Below are positions 15,201 through 26,076 of a stretch of DNA of 64,000 nucleotides, piece by piece (positions within the stretch are counted from its first letter, which is position 1; each line of letters begins with the position of its first letter). The translations under genes and the position numbers were made by a program. Source of the stretch: Perna viridis (lineage: Eukaryota); assembly GCA_037379345.1 (NCBI GenBank), contig CM074513.1, positions 32,360,885 to 32,424,884 of the forward strand, given 5' to 3'. The notes beneath the pieces are model-generated. The model saw nothing but the letters and a program-made list of their open reading frames with translations. It searched no databases and had not been told where the DNA came from.

Positions 15201-17424
15201 TTCCAGCACAACAAGTGGCCATGATGACAGTGTAATGGCTGACCAGCTAGCAGGACATTGGTTTCTCAGAGCTTCTGGCATGGAAGATTCTTCTGTACAT
15301 ATTTCTCCTTTTGCCTTGAGCACATATAACAATAATTTGTGTATTATTTTCCACTTGTATAACTTTTCAATGTGATAACTCACTACAAGTAAAATATAAT
15401 TAGTGTAATGCATGAGAATTATTTGCAGTAACATACATTAAAATATACTATAACAGCAGGGCCTAATCTACACATAGATGACAAAGAGAAGTTCTAGTAA
15501 ACTCTGTTTGAAAAATAATAAGATTGACAATTTTGTCTGTGTACTTTATTACAAATACTTTCCCTGTCTAAAACAAATAGGACAGTTGAGCACAAACAAG
15601 GAGAAGTTTTTCTCATTTCTTCCTTTAGATTAAGCCCTGGTTTTGTGTATAAAACTTGTTAAATTTTACCATTTTAAATTGGTATTAACAGGGAAATATA
15701 AAAATATACAACTTCCTTGGGACAGAAAAATACATTCATTTGCCATGCCTTGTACGCATGTACTTCAGGCATAAACATACATATAGATACCAATTCATTT
15801 CAGAATAATGTTTTACCTGTATTAACAAGTAAATATAACACAGGTTTCTGTGAGCTTATTGTCTTCTCTGTTATATATATTACATTTTTTTTCAGATCTT
15901 TCCACCAACTCATGTCACAACAGCTCTTAAAACAATATTTAAGAACAATGTTATGGGTATAGAGAATGGTAACATGGGAGCCGTTAATGGAACAAGGCCT
16001 GATGGGAAGATAGATATCAGTAGTGTGCAGAGTGAGGAATTCTGGGTAGGAGTCACTTACGCCCTTGCTGCTAGTATGATTCAGGAGGTAAGTGGTTCTT
16101 ATAATAATTTATATGAGACAGGATCTACTTCTAATGTTCAGGAAGAAGGTTTATACATTACACTAAATTTAGGAACAGTTGAAACTGATCCTGGTACCAT
16201 CCATCTTTGGTTAGACATCATATAATTCTATTTGTTTTGTGAATTATTTTTTGTGCAACTAACTTTGGGTTATGAAAAGTTTCCAAATCTCTTCATACGG
16301 ACTTTTTTTATATATTATTCACATTTATATTTGAATGCATTTAAATTTCAAAAATGCAATATTTGCTTGCAAACTACAGAAATTAGTAACTTCAAAGGAT
16401 AAATGGTTAAAGTTTGCATGTGTAGCAGGTGCAATTACTGCTTATGATTCAGCAGACTCAGATTACAATTCATATCAGCTTTAGATTGACTATAAGAGGG
16501 ATGACGAATGCAAAGCTTTATAGCGCAATGTGGGTCGAATGTAAAGGAATCAATACAATTAGCAATACATTTTATTTCCCAAGTACAAAATACTTTATTG
16601 CATACAGAAGTCATTAAAATGGAGCAATTTCATTTCAAGTGGGGTAGGTATGTGGCTAGGCTATTCGCAATGTTGGACTAGTAATTAGTCCTCAGACAAT
16701 TATGAAAAGTTGGCAAAGTTATCTTATTCAAATCTATAAATATTCATTGATGAGGTGAATAATAAATCATAATACTTCAATGTCTGAGAAAATCTGTTAT
16801 AAAATATATCAATCTGGATAAAGTTTATTTTCATTTTCAGTATCTTTAGATTATCTAAATAAATTATCAATGACTTAAATCTCAAAACACAACAAAATTA
16901 ATTAAACTGAAATAAGTTAATCAAGGGACATAAATCAAGCAGTTCTGCCACACATGATTGAATGTTGTTGATTTTCAAAGGGTTAGTAGAGAAAAAAATG
17001 AAAATTTCTACCATTAATTTCCTTTTGGGAGGGTAATAGGGAATTATTTTAGGTTTGGTTACTTGAAAAATTTTCACTATCATGTGAATGATATTTTATA
17101 TACTAACTGGAATCTTTGAAATGTGAAGCACTGCATCAAGTCAATACACAATTGCTTTCTTTATTAACATTAGAAAAAAAGGTTATCTGAAATATAAACA
17201 AAGATATCTCTTTTTATTTCCATTAGGGTATGGTAGAGGAAGGATTTAAGACAGCCTGGGGAGCATATCACACATGTTGGGAGTGGTATGGATTACAATT
17301 CCAGACTCCAGAAGCATACATGGTGAACAAACACTATAGATCTCTAGGTTACATGAGACCATTATGTATATGGGCCATGCAATGGGCTCTAGAAAAATTC
17401 CATCCAAAAATTATGAAATCTTAA
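114..17424 (+). CDS. GBA2: Non-lysosomal glucosylceramidase (GH116), 15 coding exons visible, 5'-partial; join(114-229,2252-2470,2962-3201,3759-3861,8370-8523,9052-9177,9990-10162,10669-10773,12222-12329,13350-13501,14168-14274,14800-14942,15182-15294,15896-16087,17227-17424)
   Basis: All exons have AG/GT boundaries and compatible phases. They join into a 2249-nt stop-free frame with GH116 motifs [101 protein letters not shown] and FQTPEAY...[10 protein letters not shown]. Confidence 0.96.
250..1271 (+). mobile_element. Non-autonomous Helentron-like (HINE/DINE-1-type) element in GBA2 intron
   Basis: 5' TTTTTAGCTCACC...GTGAGCTA short inverted repeat, internal ~310-bp tandem units, 3' GAGTGATTC + AGACTCCTGGGAGTCT palindrome + CTTGT; homologous to 29275-30803. 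Confidence 0.8.
1381..1755 (-). mobile_element. Degenerate Helentron-like fragment with ~150-bp internal repeat and GACT/GACA microsatellite
   Basis: aaaataggagRtgcacaatgRcatc repeated at ~1473 and ~1635; gacagactgactgacag at ~1735-1751. Confidence 0.5.
2252..2470 (+). CDS. GBA2: GBA2 exon (FILCIRK...[10 protein letters not shown]...[12 protein letters not shown])
   Basis: tttcag / gtacat; phase 0-0; conserved motif. Confidence 0.95.
2962..3201 (+). CDS. GBA2: GBA2 exon ([15 protein letters not shown]...GALK)
   Basis: taccag / gtgtaa; lies within ORF 2893-3207. Confidence 0.92.
3759..3861 (+). CDS. GBA2: GBA2 exon ([30 protein letters not shown])
   Basis: ccatag / gtacat; phase 0-1; FNP.G.G..LW.DL..DG.L motif. 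Confidence 0.93.
3961..4403 (+). mobile_element. Helentron-like non-autonomous element with two ~170-bp internal units
   Basis: 5' TTTTTATACCCCCT...AGGGGGCATA hairpin; ttttctcagcaactactcatc at ~4044 and ~4214; 3' GCGGGGCTATC...GTGAG...CTCAC...TCTTGT. Confidence 0.65.
8370..8523 (+). CDS. GBA2: GBA2 exon ([16 protein letters not shown]...[14 protein letters not shown])
   Basis: acacag / gtaagg; phase 1-2; WDMP motif. Confidence 0.92.
9052..9177 (+). CDS. GBA2: GBA2 exon (RYARWFG...[13 protein letters not shown])
   Basis: ctgtag / gtaagc; phase 2-2. Confidence 0.94.
9383..9879. mobile_element. Tc1/mariner-type MITE interrupted by a Penelope-like 3' end
   Basis: Imperfect TIRs TACTGTGAAAGTACT ... 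AGTACTGTCACATTA. Confidence 0.6.
9494..9782 (-). mobile_element. 3' terminal fragment of Naiad-type Penelope-like element
   Basis: Reverse complement matches ~55490-55770 and ~53390-53960, including the ...TTGGTTCCCTTGATTACTC terminus. Confidence 0.85.
9990..10162 (+). CDS. GBA2: GBA2 exon ([15 protein letters not shown]...FGKFGYLE); contains the predicted nucleophile Glu codon at 10159-10161
   Basis: tttcag / gtatcg; YLEG motif of GH116. Confidence 0.95.
10669..10773 (+). CDS. GBA2: GBA2 exon ([16 protein letters not shown]...IQYDM)
   Basis: tttcag / gtaggt; phase 1-1. Confidence 0.95.
10912..10990. repeat. ~39-bp tandem duplication
   Basis: atagattatcaacacggactgtctcWaacaccaggaag x2. Confidence 0.9.
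12222..12329 (+). CDS. GBA2: GBA2 exon (...[13 protein letters not shown])
   Basis: ttgtag / gtatct; PHDLG motif. Confidence 0.94.
13350..13501 (+). CDS. GBA2: GBA2 exon ([10 protein letters not shown]...[16 protein letters not shown])
   Basis: ttacag / gtaagg. Confidence 0.95.
13538..13733. mobile_element. ~196-bp Tc1/mariner-type MITE
   Basis: TIRs TACCATGTAGCAGGAATTTT / AAAATACCCTGCCATATGGTA with TA ends. Confidence 0.7.
14168..14274 (+). CDS. GBA2: GBA2 exon ([30 protein letters not shown]); contains the predicted acid/base Asp codon at 14237-14239
   Basis: aatcag / gtatgt; DQT(F/Y)D motif. Confidence 0.95.
14800..14942 (+). CDS. GBA2: GBA2 exon ([11 protein letters not shown]...LWN)
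   Basis: ttccag / gttagt. Confidence 0.95.
15182..15294 (+). CDS. GBA2: GBA2 exon (SYYNYDSS...[13 protein letters not shown])
   Basis: ttgcag / gtacat. Confidence 0.92.
15896..16087 (+). CDS. GBA2: GBA2 exon (IFPP...[10 protein letters not shown]...[20 protein letters not shown])
   Basis: tttcag / gtaagt. Confidence 0.95.
17227..17424 (+). CDS. GBA2: GBA2 terminal coding exon (GMVEEGF...FQTPEAY...[14 protein letters not shown]...KS*)
   Basis: cattag acceptor; TAA at 17422-17424. Confidence 0.95.
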   Translation, partial: GMVEEGFKTAWGAYHTCWEWYGLQFQTPEAYMVNKHYRSLGYMRPLCIWAMQWALEKFHPKIMKS

Positions 17425-18150
17425 CTATGTGCAATGGTAACTGTTTTATAATCCTGACATATGTGCAATGGTAGTAAAACAAATTAATAACATAACTACT
17501 TAAGCTTTAAGATGTAGAAATACAGGTGTAGCCAGACAATTACTGAATTCTGGGACCTATGGATGAAAACTTAGATATTTCTCTATATGGCTATAGTGAA
17601 ACCTGTTTAATTTTACATGTACCAGGAGTTGGTTTTTTTATGAAAAAGTATATTAATATATGAAAAGCATTGATAGTTAAGTTATTATATGTAAACTTTA
17701 TGTATTGGTTGTGTATTTTAGTCAAATTTCAGTATGATACCTTTTTGGTTGTTGTTATGTTTTGCTGTTCCACTGAGTGTGCTAGTTTTCTTCATATTAT
17801 TTTTTTATATAGTTTATCTCTTTTTCTTTTTTTCTTGTTATTTTTTGTTTCTCTGAACTTTTACTAGAATTTGATCAATGCCTCATTATTGCCCTTTTTT
17901 GTTATTTCATTGTTTAATGCATTAGTGTTTTGCTCCAGATGTTTGTGCAATTTTTAGTGTTCAACAATTTTGTGTCATGAAAGTTGTTTATTTTTTTATT
18001 GTACACAATTCTAATATGACATACTTCGAAGCTTACCACAGCCATGGTAAAATAGTGATAAACACATGACCAACATTTTGTGTGACACATAGACTTCATC
18101 TATTCAAAACTATGAAAAACTAGTCATATTAGAATTAAAACAAATCAGGA

Positions 18151-18280
18151 AACTCTATTTTATTATTGTTTTACCACAGCCTGGTCAATTATGTCGTTAT
18201 TTAACCCCTTGCTATTGCTAGTGGTAAAACAATGCAACATAAATGGCCGGCCCATGGTAAAACAATGATAAAATGGAGTT
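18151..18280. mobile_element. Short palindromic element in putative GBA2 3' UTR
   Basis: AACTCTATTTTATTATTGTTTTACCA... pairs with ...TGGTAAAACAATGATAAAATGGAGTT. Confidence 0.7.
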
Positions 18281-20109
18281 ACCATGGTTAATTTCTGAAT
18301 TATATAGTGAAATAAAAATTGTGTCCATTTATTTTAGCTTTACTATGAAATTTCTTAGTCTGTATTTAACTCTTAAGTTCTTTTATGTAAGTCCAAATAT
18401 TTTTTTTTTGTAATTTCCATTCTCTGTCTTACAATTATAGCTTTAAGCAGTGCTGTATTCAGTATTGTTTTTATTATGACTTAGAAACGTTAATTTTATT
18501 GTTTTGTACCATATTCAAAAGTTGTCGCAACAATGTTGTCAACTTTATAAGAACACAAAGTCAGTCTTCTGGCTTGCAGGCTGTGAATATATTAACTGTT
18601 TGTAATTTCATGGTTCTAATTGATGTGAAAAAGTGATAATATATCTCATATAGTTACATTAAAAAAAATTGTGACTATGTTCTTGTATGATGAAATTGAT
18701 AGTACATGCTATTGATGTAATTTTGTATGTTTTATACATTTATATCAATGTATTTATACAAGTAGAATTTTTGTATGTTTAATAGCTTAACATATAATCT
18801 ATGATAAACTGATGATTGTCCATGATAACTGTGAAAATTTGTTTTTCACTATAATTCACAAATAGCAATTTGTTATTAACAATTTGTGAGTATTTAAAAA
18901 GGTCAAAACTCTTGTAGTTTTTTTCTTTATTTGAAAATTTACCATCATGTGCAATTTTGACTGTGTATATTTTTTAATTGTTTTTATTGATTTGTGACTG
19001 TATTTAGAGCTTGTAAGTCTTCTTGTGTGGTATCGTGAATTTTAAAGAATTTGTTTCCAATTTAAAAGCAAAGTAACAGGTTGTGTATGGAGTCAAACAT
19101 TATTATCGTGTTTTCAAGCAATGAAACATATATACAAATAAACTTTTTCTACATGTTGATACAAAATTGAAACATTGAATCAAATGGAATAATTGGGTCT
19201 GGTTTGTATGGTACAACATAATAGTAGGAAATCAAATGTGAATTAGTCTTCAGTTTTAAATGCTTGGATTAGCAGAATTTAGTTTTAGTTAAAAAAAAAT
19301 AAACAAAAGCATCATACAAGGCTTATTGTGCAGTCAGTTATTGTTTTATATCTACGATTATGCAGAATTTGGTTTTTTCTGTGCTTCCTATCTGTTAAGA
19401 TTTTGTTATTGTCAATTTTATGTCTGATTTTTTTCATCTACTTTTTGGCTTAAAAAACTGTCCCTGAAAAACCAAACTTATACCACATTTTTACCTATGT
19501 GTAGTTAAATTGATTTATGACCTAAGTTTTCCTGGTTGTGTGAAAAATGTTCAGGGAATTAACATGTCAACTTATGATTTTTTTCCTTATTATGTATAAT
19601 AATTCAACTGAAGAAATCAAATACTTAGTAAGATATTGTGTTAAGAAGTGATCTTGAAAATACCAAGAGATCAGGGCAATATTAGGATAAATCATTTTTA
19701 TTCACATACTTATCTATATATATATATATATAAATTACAATTTACCAAAATTGTGAGAAGACTCTTTATTTAACAATATAGAAGTGTCTATCGGGAATAT
19801 ATCGAATTTGATAAGTCATCCTTATGAAAAAACAATCAGGTAAAGATCACTATTGATAATATGTTTGTAGCAATTTTGTCTGTTGTCAGTATTGAAAGCA
19901 TTCTTTGTCAAATGCCAGGAATTAGCAGTATTATCAAAGGTATTTAAGGAATGTTTCTAATTTTTTAACAGGCTACACTCAGTAACCCGGTTCTAGCCAG
20001 TTTGCACTTTTTAATGTAAGAAAGTTAACCCAAAAGATTGTTGCTAATTAATTATGAAGATTAAGATAAAAGGGACCAATTGATACCAAGCATAAACTAA
20101 ACAACACTT

Positions 20110-20412
20110 AGGCATAGACAGTTTTCTTTTGAGGGGCTGGGATTTTATGTTGAGTTACAAAATTTTTTTCCGCACAAGTGGGAAGATAATAAAAAATTTT
20201 CAGGAGGTGGATTTAAAAAAAAAGGTTATTTGAAAACCTACATTGCTAAGTAAAGGGAAATATTGAATCATATTTTTTTTCTGTCCATGGCTGAGTAATA
20301 AAATGTTTTGCTTAAATTTGGAATAATTTTTTTTTTTTTTTTTTCAAAATAATTCCAGCCCCCCCGACACCCCCAGTCCCCCTCACTATAAAAATAAATG
20401 GTTAGTGCCTTA
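20110..20412. mobile_element. Degenerate MITE with TAGGCA.../...TGCCTTA ends
   Basis: G-run near the left end mirrored by C-run near the right end; imperfect TIRs. Confidence 0.45.
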
Positions 20413-22045
20413 TTTCTTCAATTCCTACTTCATTATTGTGATGTTTCTTTTAAAATTTAAAACTGTAAAATCATTATGTTATTATGGAGGAACCTCTTCA
20501 ATATTTCACTGAAAGCCATATTAGAGTAAAATTGATTACAAGCAATGATGTCATAATTTTATTTCTGTTATGATGTCATTACTTATGGCCAATGTTACAC
20601 TTACATTTTTTTGTAAAATTAATCACTGGTGTTGATATGCTGTGATGGGTTCACAAACAAGACTGAGAAAATGCTAATTTCTGCCCTTTTCTACATTAAG
20701 TGAGTATTTAAACTATAATTAAAAATGTAACAAATACAATTTATTCTTATTAGTACATGTGTAAGGTATATTGACATATTGATTTATTATAAATTCTATT
20801 ATTTTGATTATGGTCTTGTGTGCTTCTGCATTAAAACAAAACAATAATATATATGAAATAGTTTGTTATGATTATTACCATGTTTTCTGAATTATGCCAC
20901 TATTTCATTTGAACCAAGGTTTTTTTTTCTGTTTTGTGAATTTGTTTTTTGTTGTATTCTTTAATGTTTAGCTTTGGAAGGAAGACTTAAGTCAACATCT
21001 TGTGTAGATGTGATAATTCATTATAGATTACTGGTACTACAATAGATTTGTGTGAATCATATGTCTACATTGGTCCCAAAATGTGCAGGGTTCAACCTGC
21101 TCCTTAGGGTATTAGTCCTGTTCAGGACAATGTCTAGTTTGAAATCATTTTTTAATTTCTTTTTTTTTAGGTGTATATTCTATTTACCTCAGTTGCTGAG
21201 TGGTCTAGAATAGTCATACATATGACTACTAAAGCGAATTACTCCATTACATATACATTGTACTAGAGTGCCACACATGAGAATCATATGTAATACTACA
21301 TGATTAACATATGAATTGAGCATATGATCATGTTACACTTGAGTTTACATAGCAAAATCATGACAGTTTTACTTATATATGATTATTATGTATGAGCAAG
21401 GTTATATTTACATACAATAGTCATACTTATCATGAGTGACACTTTCAATTAAGTAGATATACATGGAATCATGTAGTTCTACATATGATAAGCACATAAT
21501 TGAGCATGATATGATTGTGTGATATATGTACTTGATTTTACATATGAAAATTGTCATCAATTACATGTGATTTTCATAGTTAGAGGAATGGGATAGTTAC
21601 ATACTTTAATCACAAGTAAATAATATGATTATCATATGTAGATTTTTATGTGATTCACATACTATGGTAGTATATGATTTACACATGATTATTACTGCAT
21701 CATGCAAGCAATACATATCACTTTTGTACAGTGTGGATGTGCTATTCCAACCACAGGGGCTTGAGTTCATAAAATGTCATTTTAATGATTTTTTTTGCAT
21801 TGCTGTACTCTAAAATCCAAGTACATGGCCTGAACACAAAAAAATGTCATTATGTCTTTATGATGTTGATGGAAATCAGAATATTAATTTGGTATTCAGC
21901 TGAAATGTACATGTCAATGGTAGTCAAAATGTTTTTCATTGACACTGATCAGTAAGGTATATTTACCTATGACATTAATGTTAATGGTCACCAGAATATT
22001 TACTTATTATATAGATAGCTGTGAATTATGGAATATTCCATGTGT

Positions 22046-22051
22046 AATAAA
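22046..22051 (+). promoter_or_regulatory. Candidate distal polyadenylation signal of GBA2 (alternatives at 18311 AATAAA and ~20830 ATTAAA)
   Basis: AATAAA coinciding with the end of the CpG-depleted domain. Confidence 0.35.
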
Positions 22052-22260
22052 TTTTGATTGAATTCTGTAAAACGTCACAACACTTCTGTTATAAACTGTA
22101 TTTTACGTCACCGCTGATCACACAATTTGACATTTATTTAATGAAGGGTAATGATATAATTTACCGAAATGAAAAAAAAATCTACGCTGTTTGAAAATTG
22201 GAAACCATCCTTATGATCCTGATTTGGTACAGAAATTTTAATATGAAAGGCGGGTTAAAC

Positions 22261-22775
22261 TATGGAAGTGTATAAGGGTCATAAATAATGATTATTGTTG
22301 GTATATGTTGTCTTATCTCTTGTTGATAAGAAAGTTCTAACTGTATTATCTTATATCAAATAAATTGACATATTCAATTGAAATTTACAAATAGCACATA
22401 TGTAATATGACTTGTATTGTTTAATTCATCCTTCTACTGAGGAAGATTCTGACATATATTAAGTCGCAGTAAAAAAACTGATGACGCGTTAGATAAGGAA
22501 TTTAATATTTTTATGTTAATATAACATAGTTAACCTACCATTTTGTTTCAGATAAGGCGATTAATCTAAATTGAAATGTAGAGATTAAGTGTACAGTCGT
22601 TAAAAATATATCGACTTCTGCGAAAATTCAGATAGACATATGTGCTTTTTGTACATTCCAATTAAACATGTCCATTTATTTAATGTAAGATAATACAGTT
22701 AAAACTTACTTATCAACATGAGAGAAGTCAACATATAAAAAAAATCGTAATTTATGACCCTTATACACTTCCATA
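22261..22775. mobile_element. 515-bp MITE, 26-bp perfect TIR, 5-bp TSD
   Basis: TATGGAAGTGTATAAGGGTCATAAAT / ATTTATGACCCTTATACACTTCCATA; TAAAC at 22256-22260 and 22776-22780. Confidence 0.9.
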
Positions 22776-23392
22776 TAAACCAGGTTTTATAGCACCCTAA
22801 ATACGTTAATCATTTCTTGTATATTTCAACAAAAATGGGTAGCATAAAATTGCCACGAGTCGAGATCGGTTAAGTTAGGTGTTATGTAAATGAACGCCCC
22901 TAGCGGATTACGTGAAAGAAATAGGTAAAATGATTTAAAGCTGCACATATGTGTCTTGCCAAAGAGCTATACAAGAAGAAATAGTCATGAATAAGTACGG
23001 TTTATAACGATATACATATAAACATACAAAATTATTATTATTCACCGCCCTTTATAAGAATAATTATTAACCAACTATCCAAAATACCTTAAAATCAGTC
23101 AAAAACTGACCAACTGATATGAATTCAAACCAGTATACGGGGCCAAGATAGCTTAAACCATGGCCAATACGGCATCATAACTTCCGGTCGTTTGACACCG
23201 CAATTTTGGGTTAGAATTGGATTTCATGAGCTTTGATCGCCAGGACTAAAATCCGTAGAAACACAAAAAAAATTCCCATTTTATACAAAAAGGATATTTA
23301 AGACTGATTAATGCAAATAAACCTACATGCTTTTTGTAAGACACGAAAACAACTGTTCTACAAATCATCTAGTTGAGTTGGTCAATAAAAGT

Positions 23393-23566
23393 GTCAATAA
23401 ATGCGTAATTTCATATTGGCCCTGTTATAGGTTTCGGTCAATCATATTGGCTTCGACAGCCGTATTGGCCCTCGGCGATGCCTCGGGACCAATACGACCG
23501 CCTCGACCAATTTGACAGACCTCAAACCTATAAACAAAGCCAATATGAAGTTACAAATTTATTAAC
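23393..23566. mobile_element. 174-bp palindromic element (possibly Crypton-type non-autonomous) nested in the Kolobok-like element
   Basis: Arms pair from GTCAATAAATGCGTAATTTCATATTGGC to GCCAATATGAAGTTACAAATTTATTAAC; centre CCCTCGGC-GAT-GCCTCGGG. Confidence 0.75.
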
Positions 23567-24198
23567 ATATAATACGAGATTGAAAACCACGTGAACATTA
23601 ATGTCACGAAAGCAAATATATTTATGTGTGTGTAATACGAGAGGGGTGGATTCACAGATTTTGAAAAGTGGGTTCCAGATGGGTTACATGCTATTATTTG
23701 CTCACTTTTGCCCAAACACTGCATGAAATTTTTGAACCGACCTTTAATCCATCACTGATATTAGAAATCAGTCCGAAATAATATGGTAATCGGTTCAAGG
23801 AGAGGTCGAGAGAAAAAAAAACTTTAGTTAGTCCTTATGGTATGTATGATCATGTGTGTTATTCAGATTATCTCAAGAAATATCAAATGAGGGGATCAAC
23901 TAGAATTCGCCAATAAAGAATAAACGTGTTTCTGTAAACCGTACTTAAAGTGTATATATACAAGCATAAACTTTCATTATAGTACTTTTTTCTTTAATTA
24001 TTTTTATTTTACTAAATAATTTAACTATTTACCATTGATTTGATTTTTCTTCTTGTATTTTTTTTAACTTTTATTATAAATAAATTTATTTTAAAGCCCT
24101 CATAACTGGGTTGTCCGTGCGAGACTCTTTAAGAGTAGTCAAGGACGTTAAAACCCCTCTTAGTCATTATGGTATGTATGATCATGTGTGTTATTCGG

Positions 24199-26076
24199 AT
24201 TATCTCAAGAAATATCAAATGAGGGGTCAGATAGTAGTATGGCCGATGAAATATCAGTTGCCTTTGACGGGGGTTGGCAAAAGAGAGGAAGTGGACGAAG
24301 TTACAGTAGTTTGACAGGTATAATTATGTTTATATTATAATTTGTATTCAACAAGTGTGCCATGATCATCCATACGTCCCCCGCTGCCACAAAAAAAAGT
24401 TGACGTGCAAAAGTTTTATAACTTCTTTCAATTTGTCCCCCACCCCCCAACCAAAGACAAATCAAGTGGTTGCTCCCTAAACTCAAAATGGTAATTATAG
24501 AAGTAATAAATACATTTCATACTTTAAATTCATTTCCTGAAGATCTATGAAGCACACAATCTTTTACCTGGGAAATTTACTAATGAGAACACAATGAAAC
24601 TTGACAAAAAGAGAAAGATTAAGAGAGAAAATGCCAGTTTATCGGGAACTAACAAGAAAAGAGTACAAAAAGCAAACAAGGTCTTTGAAAATAAAAACGA
24701 AAAAAGAGGGTACAACACATGCCAGTGTTGTAGCGACTAGAGACGTTCCGCAAAATTATATCATCCAGATTCCGGATCCAGTACAGGAAATAATGGATAC
24801 CCATGTATGTATTAGAGATAAGAATTTCGTATTTTTTTATTTTGAAACTACAGGATTTGGTAAATTCAATTTAGTCTTTAAACCTTACAAATGAATAGCT
24901 AGCTTTCTTTTATTCTGAAAGTTACAAAATTCTCATTTTAACGTTCAAAGATAAAAATAAAGCCTTGATGAAGTGCGCGCAAATCAAAATACATATTACA
25001 TTCGCACATCGTTTTAATATATGATATCTGCACAATATATACATGTATGATCTGAGTACACCATAATTACTTTGCACATGCAAAAAATGTAATATGATGT
25101 ATCTTTTTTGCATGCATTCTTTTCATGTATGTTCCTTTTAAGGCACCGTAAATTAAAGTTGAAACAGGCTATCCTTGTTATACCTTTTATAGTAGTACTT
25201 ATAATTGAATATAAATTACGGTTACATGTATTAATACAAATGTATTGCTATTCACCAATTTGTTTATTATTGTCTTTTAGGGTTGGAATGTGATGTTGTA
25301 TAATTAGCTGCCATTCATCAGAAGACAGTTTTTAATAAATATGTAATACCGCAAAAGAAAATGTCCCCATCCGCATCTAAAGTAACGGGTTTTAAAAAAC
25401 CGGGCATATGTTGTTCAAAAATGGCGAAATAATGATCACAGATCCAAAACGTGACAGCTTCATGGATTTTGTATCTTGGTTACCGTATAATACAATATTA
25501 CTGGAGCACAATGGTAAAGCGTTCGACTCAAAAACCCTAGTTAAAGCCTTAGAAGAGGATGGGTTTTTAGAAAGTTTTAAGGAAAAGTGTGTAGGATCTA
25601 AAGATACTCTGCCACTTATGAAAGATTTTTAGTAAATCAGAAAATTGAAAAGAAAAGTTTCAGTCAGGTGGCGTTACTAGCCGATTTATTGGGCATTTCA
25701 TATGATGCTCATGATACAATCAGAGACGTGAAATCCTTGCAAATGCTTATAGAAAGTACCGATATCCCGAAAAAAAAATGATTGAAAATCACACTTTCAC
25801 TGTTGAATTCACCATAAATTCGTTCAGGCAGAACAGTGACATAATATCAAAAGTGAAACATTCTCATCTGTTCCGTCTGATGTAATTTCAAAGCCCTTAG
25901 TTAAGAAAATTGCGTCATCTGGATTAGAACTATCGCATTTGAGATTAGCCTATCAACGCGGAAATGTGGAAGGTGTTGAACAGCTACTCAGCGAAGAACT
26001 TTCTGACGGAAAGCCAAGAGTAACAAAAAATAAGAGAATTATTCGATCAATCGCTTCAATTTTTGACAAGGAATGA
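24199..26076 (+). pseudogene. Spliced DDE transposase remnant fused to DEDDh 3'-5' exonuclease with C-terminal helical domain (pseudogene)
   Basis: 24242-24317 encodes ADEISVAFDGGWQKRGSGRSYSSLTG|gt. ~24560-24859 encodes LLPGKFT...basic...KEGTTHAS...FFYFETTGFG|gt. From 25281: LECDVV*LAA, HNGKAFD, DTLPL, AHDTIRDV and KKIASSGL...KPRVTKNKRII to TGA 26076. Contains stops and frameshifts. Confidence 0.8.

Noticed and set aside
21210-21733. CATATG-rich region ending in CTTTTGTACAGTG
   Set aside because: Probably a truncated non-autonomous transposon, but only one terminus is visible, so it is not called.
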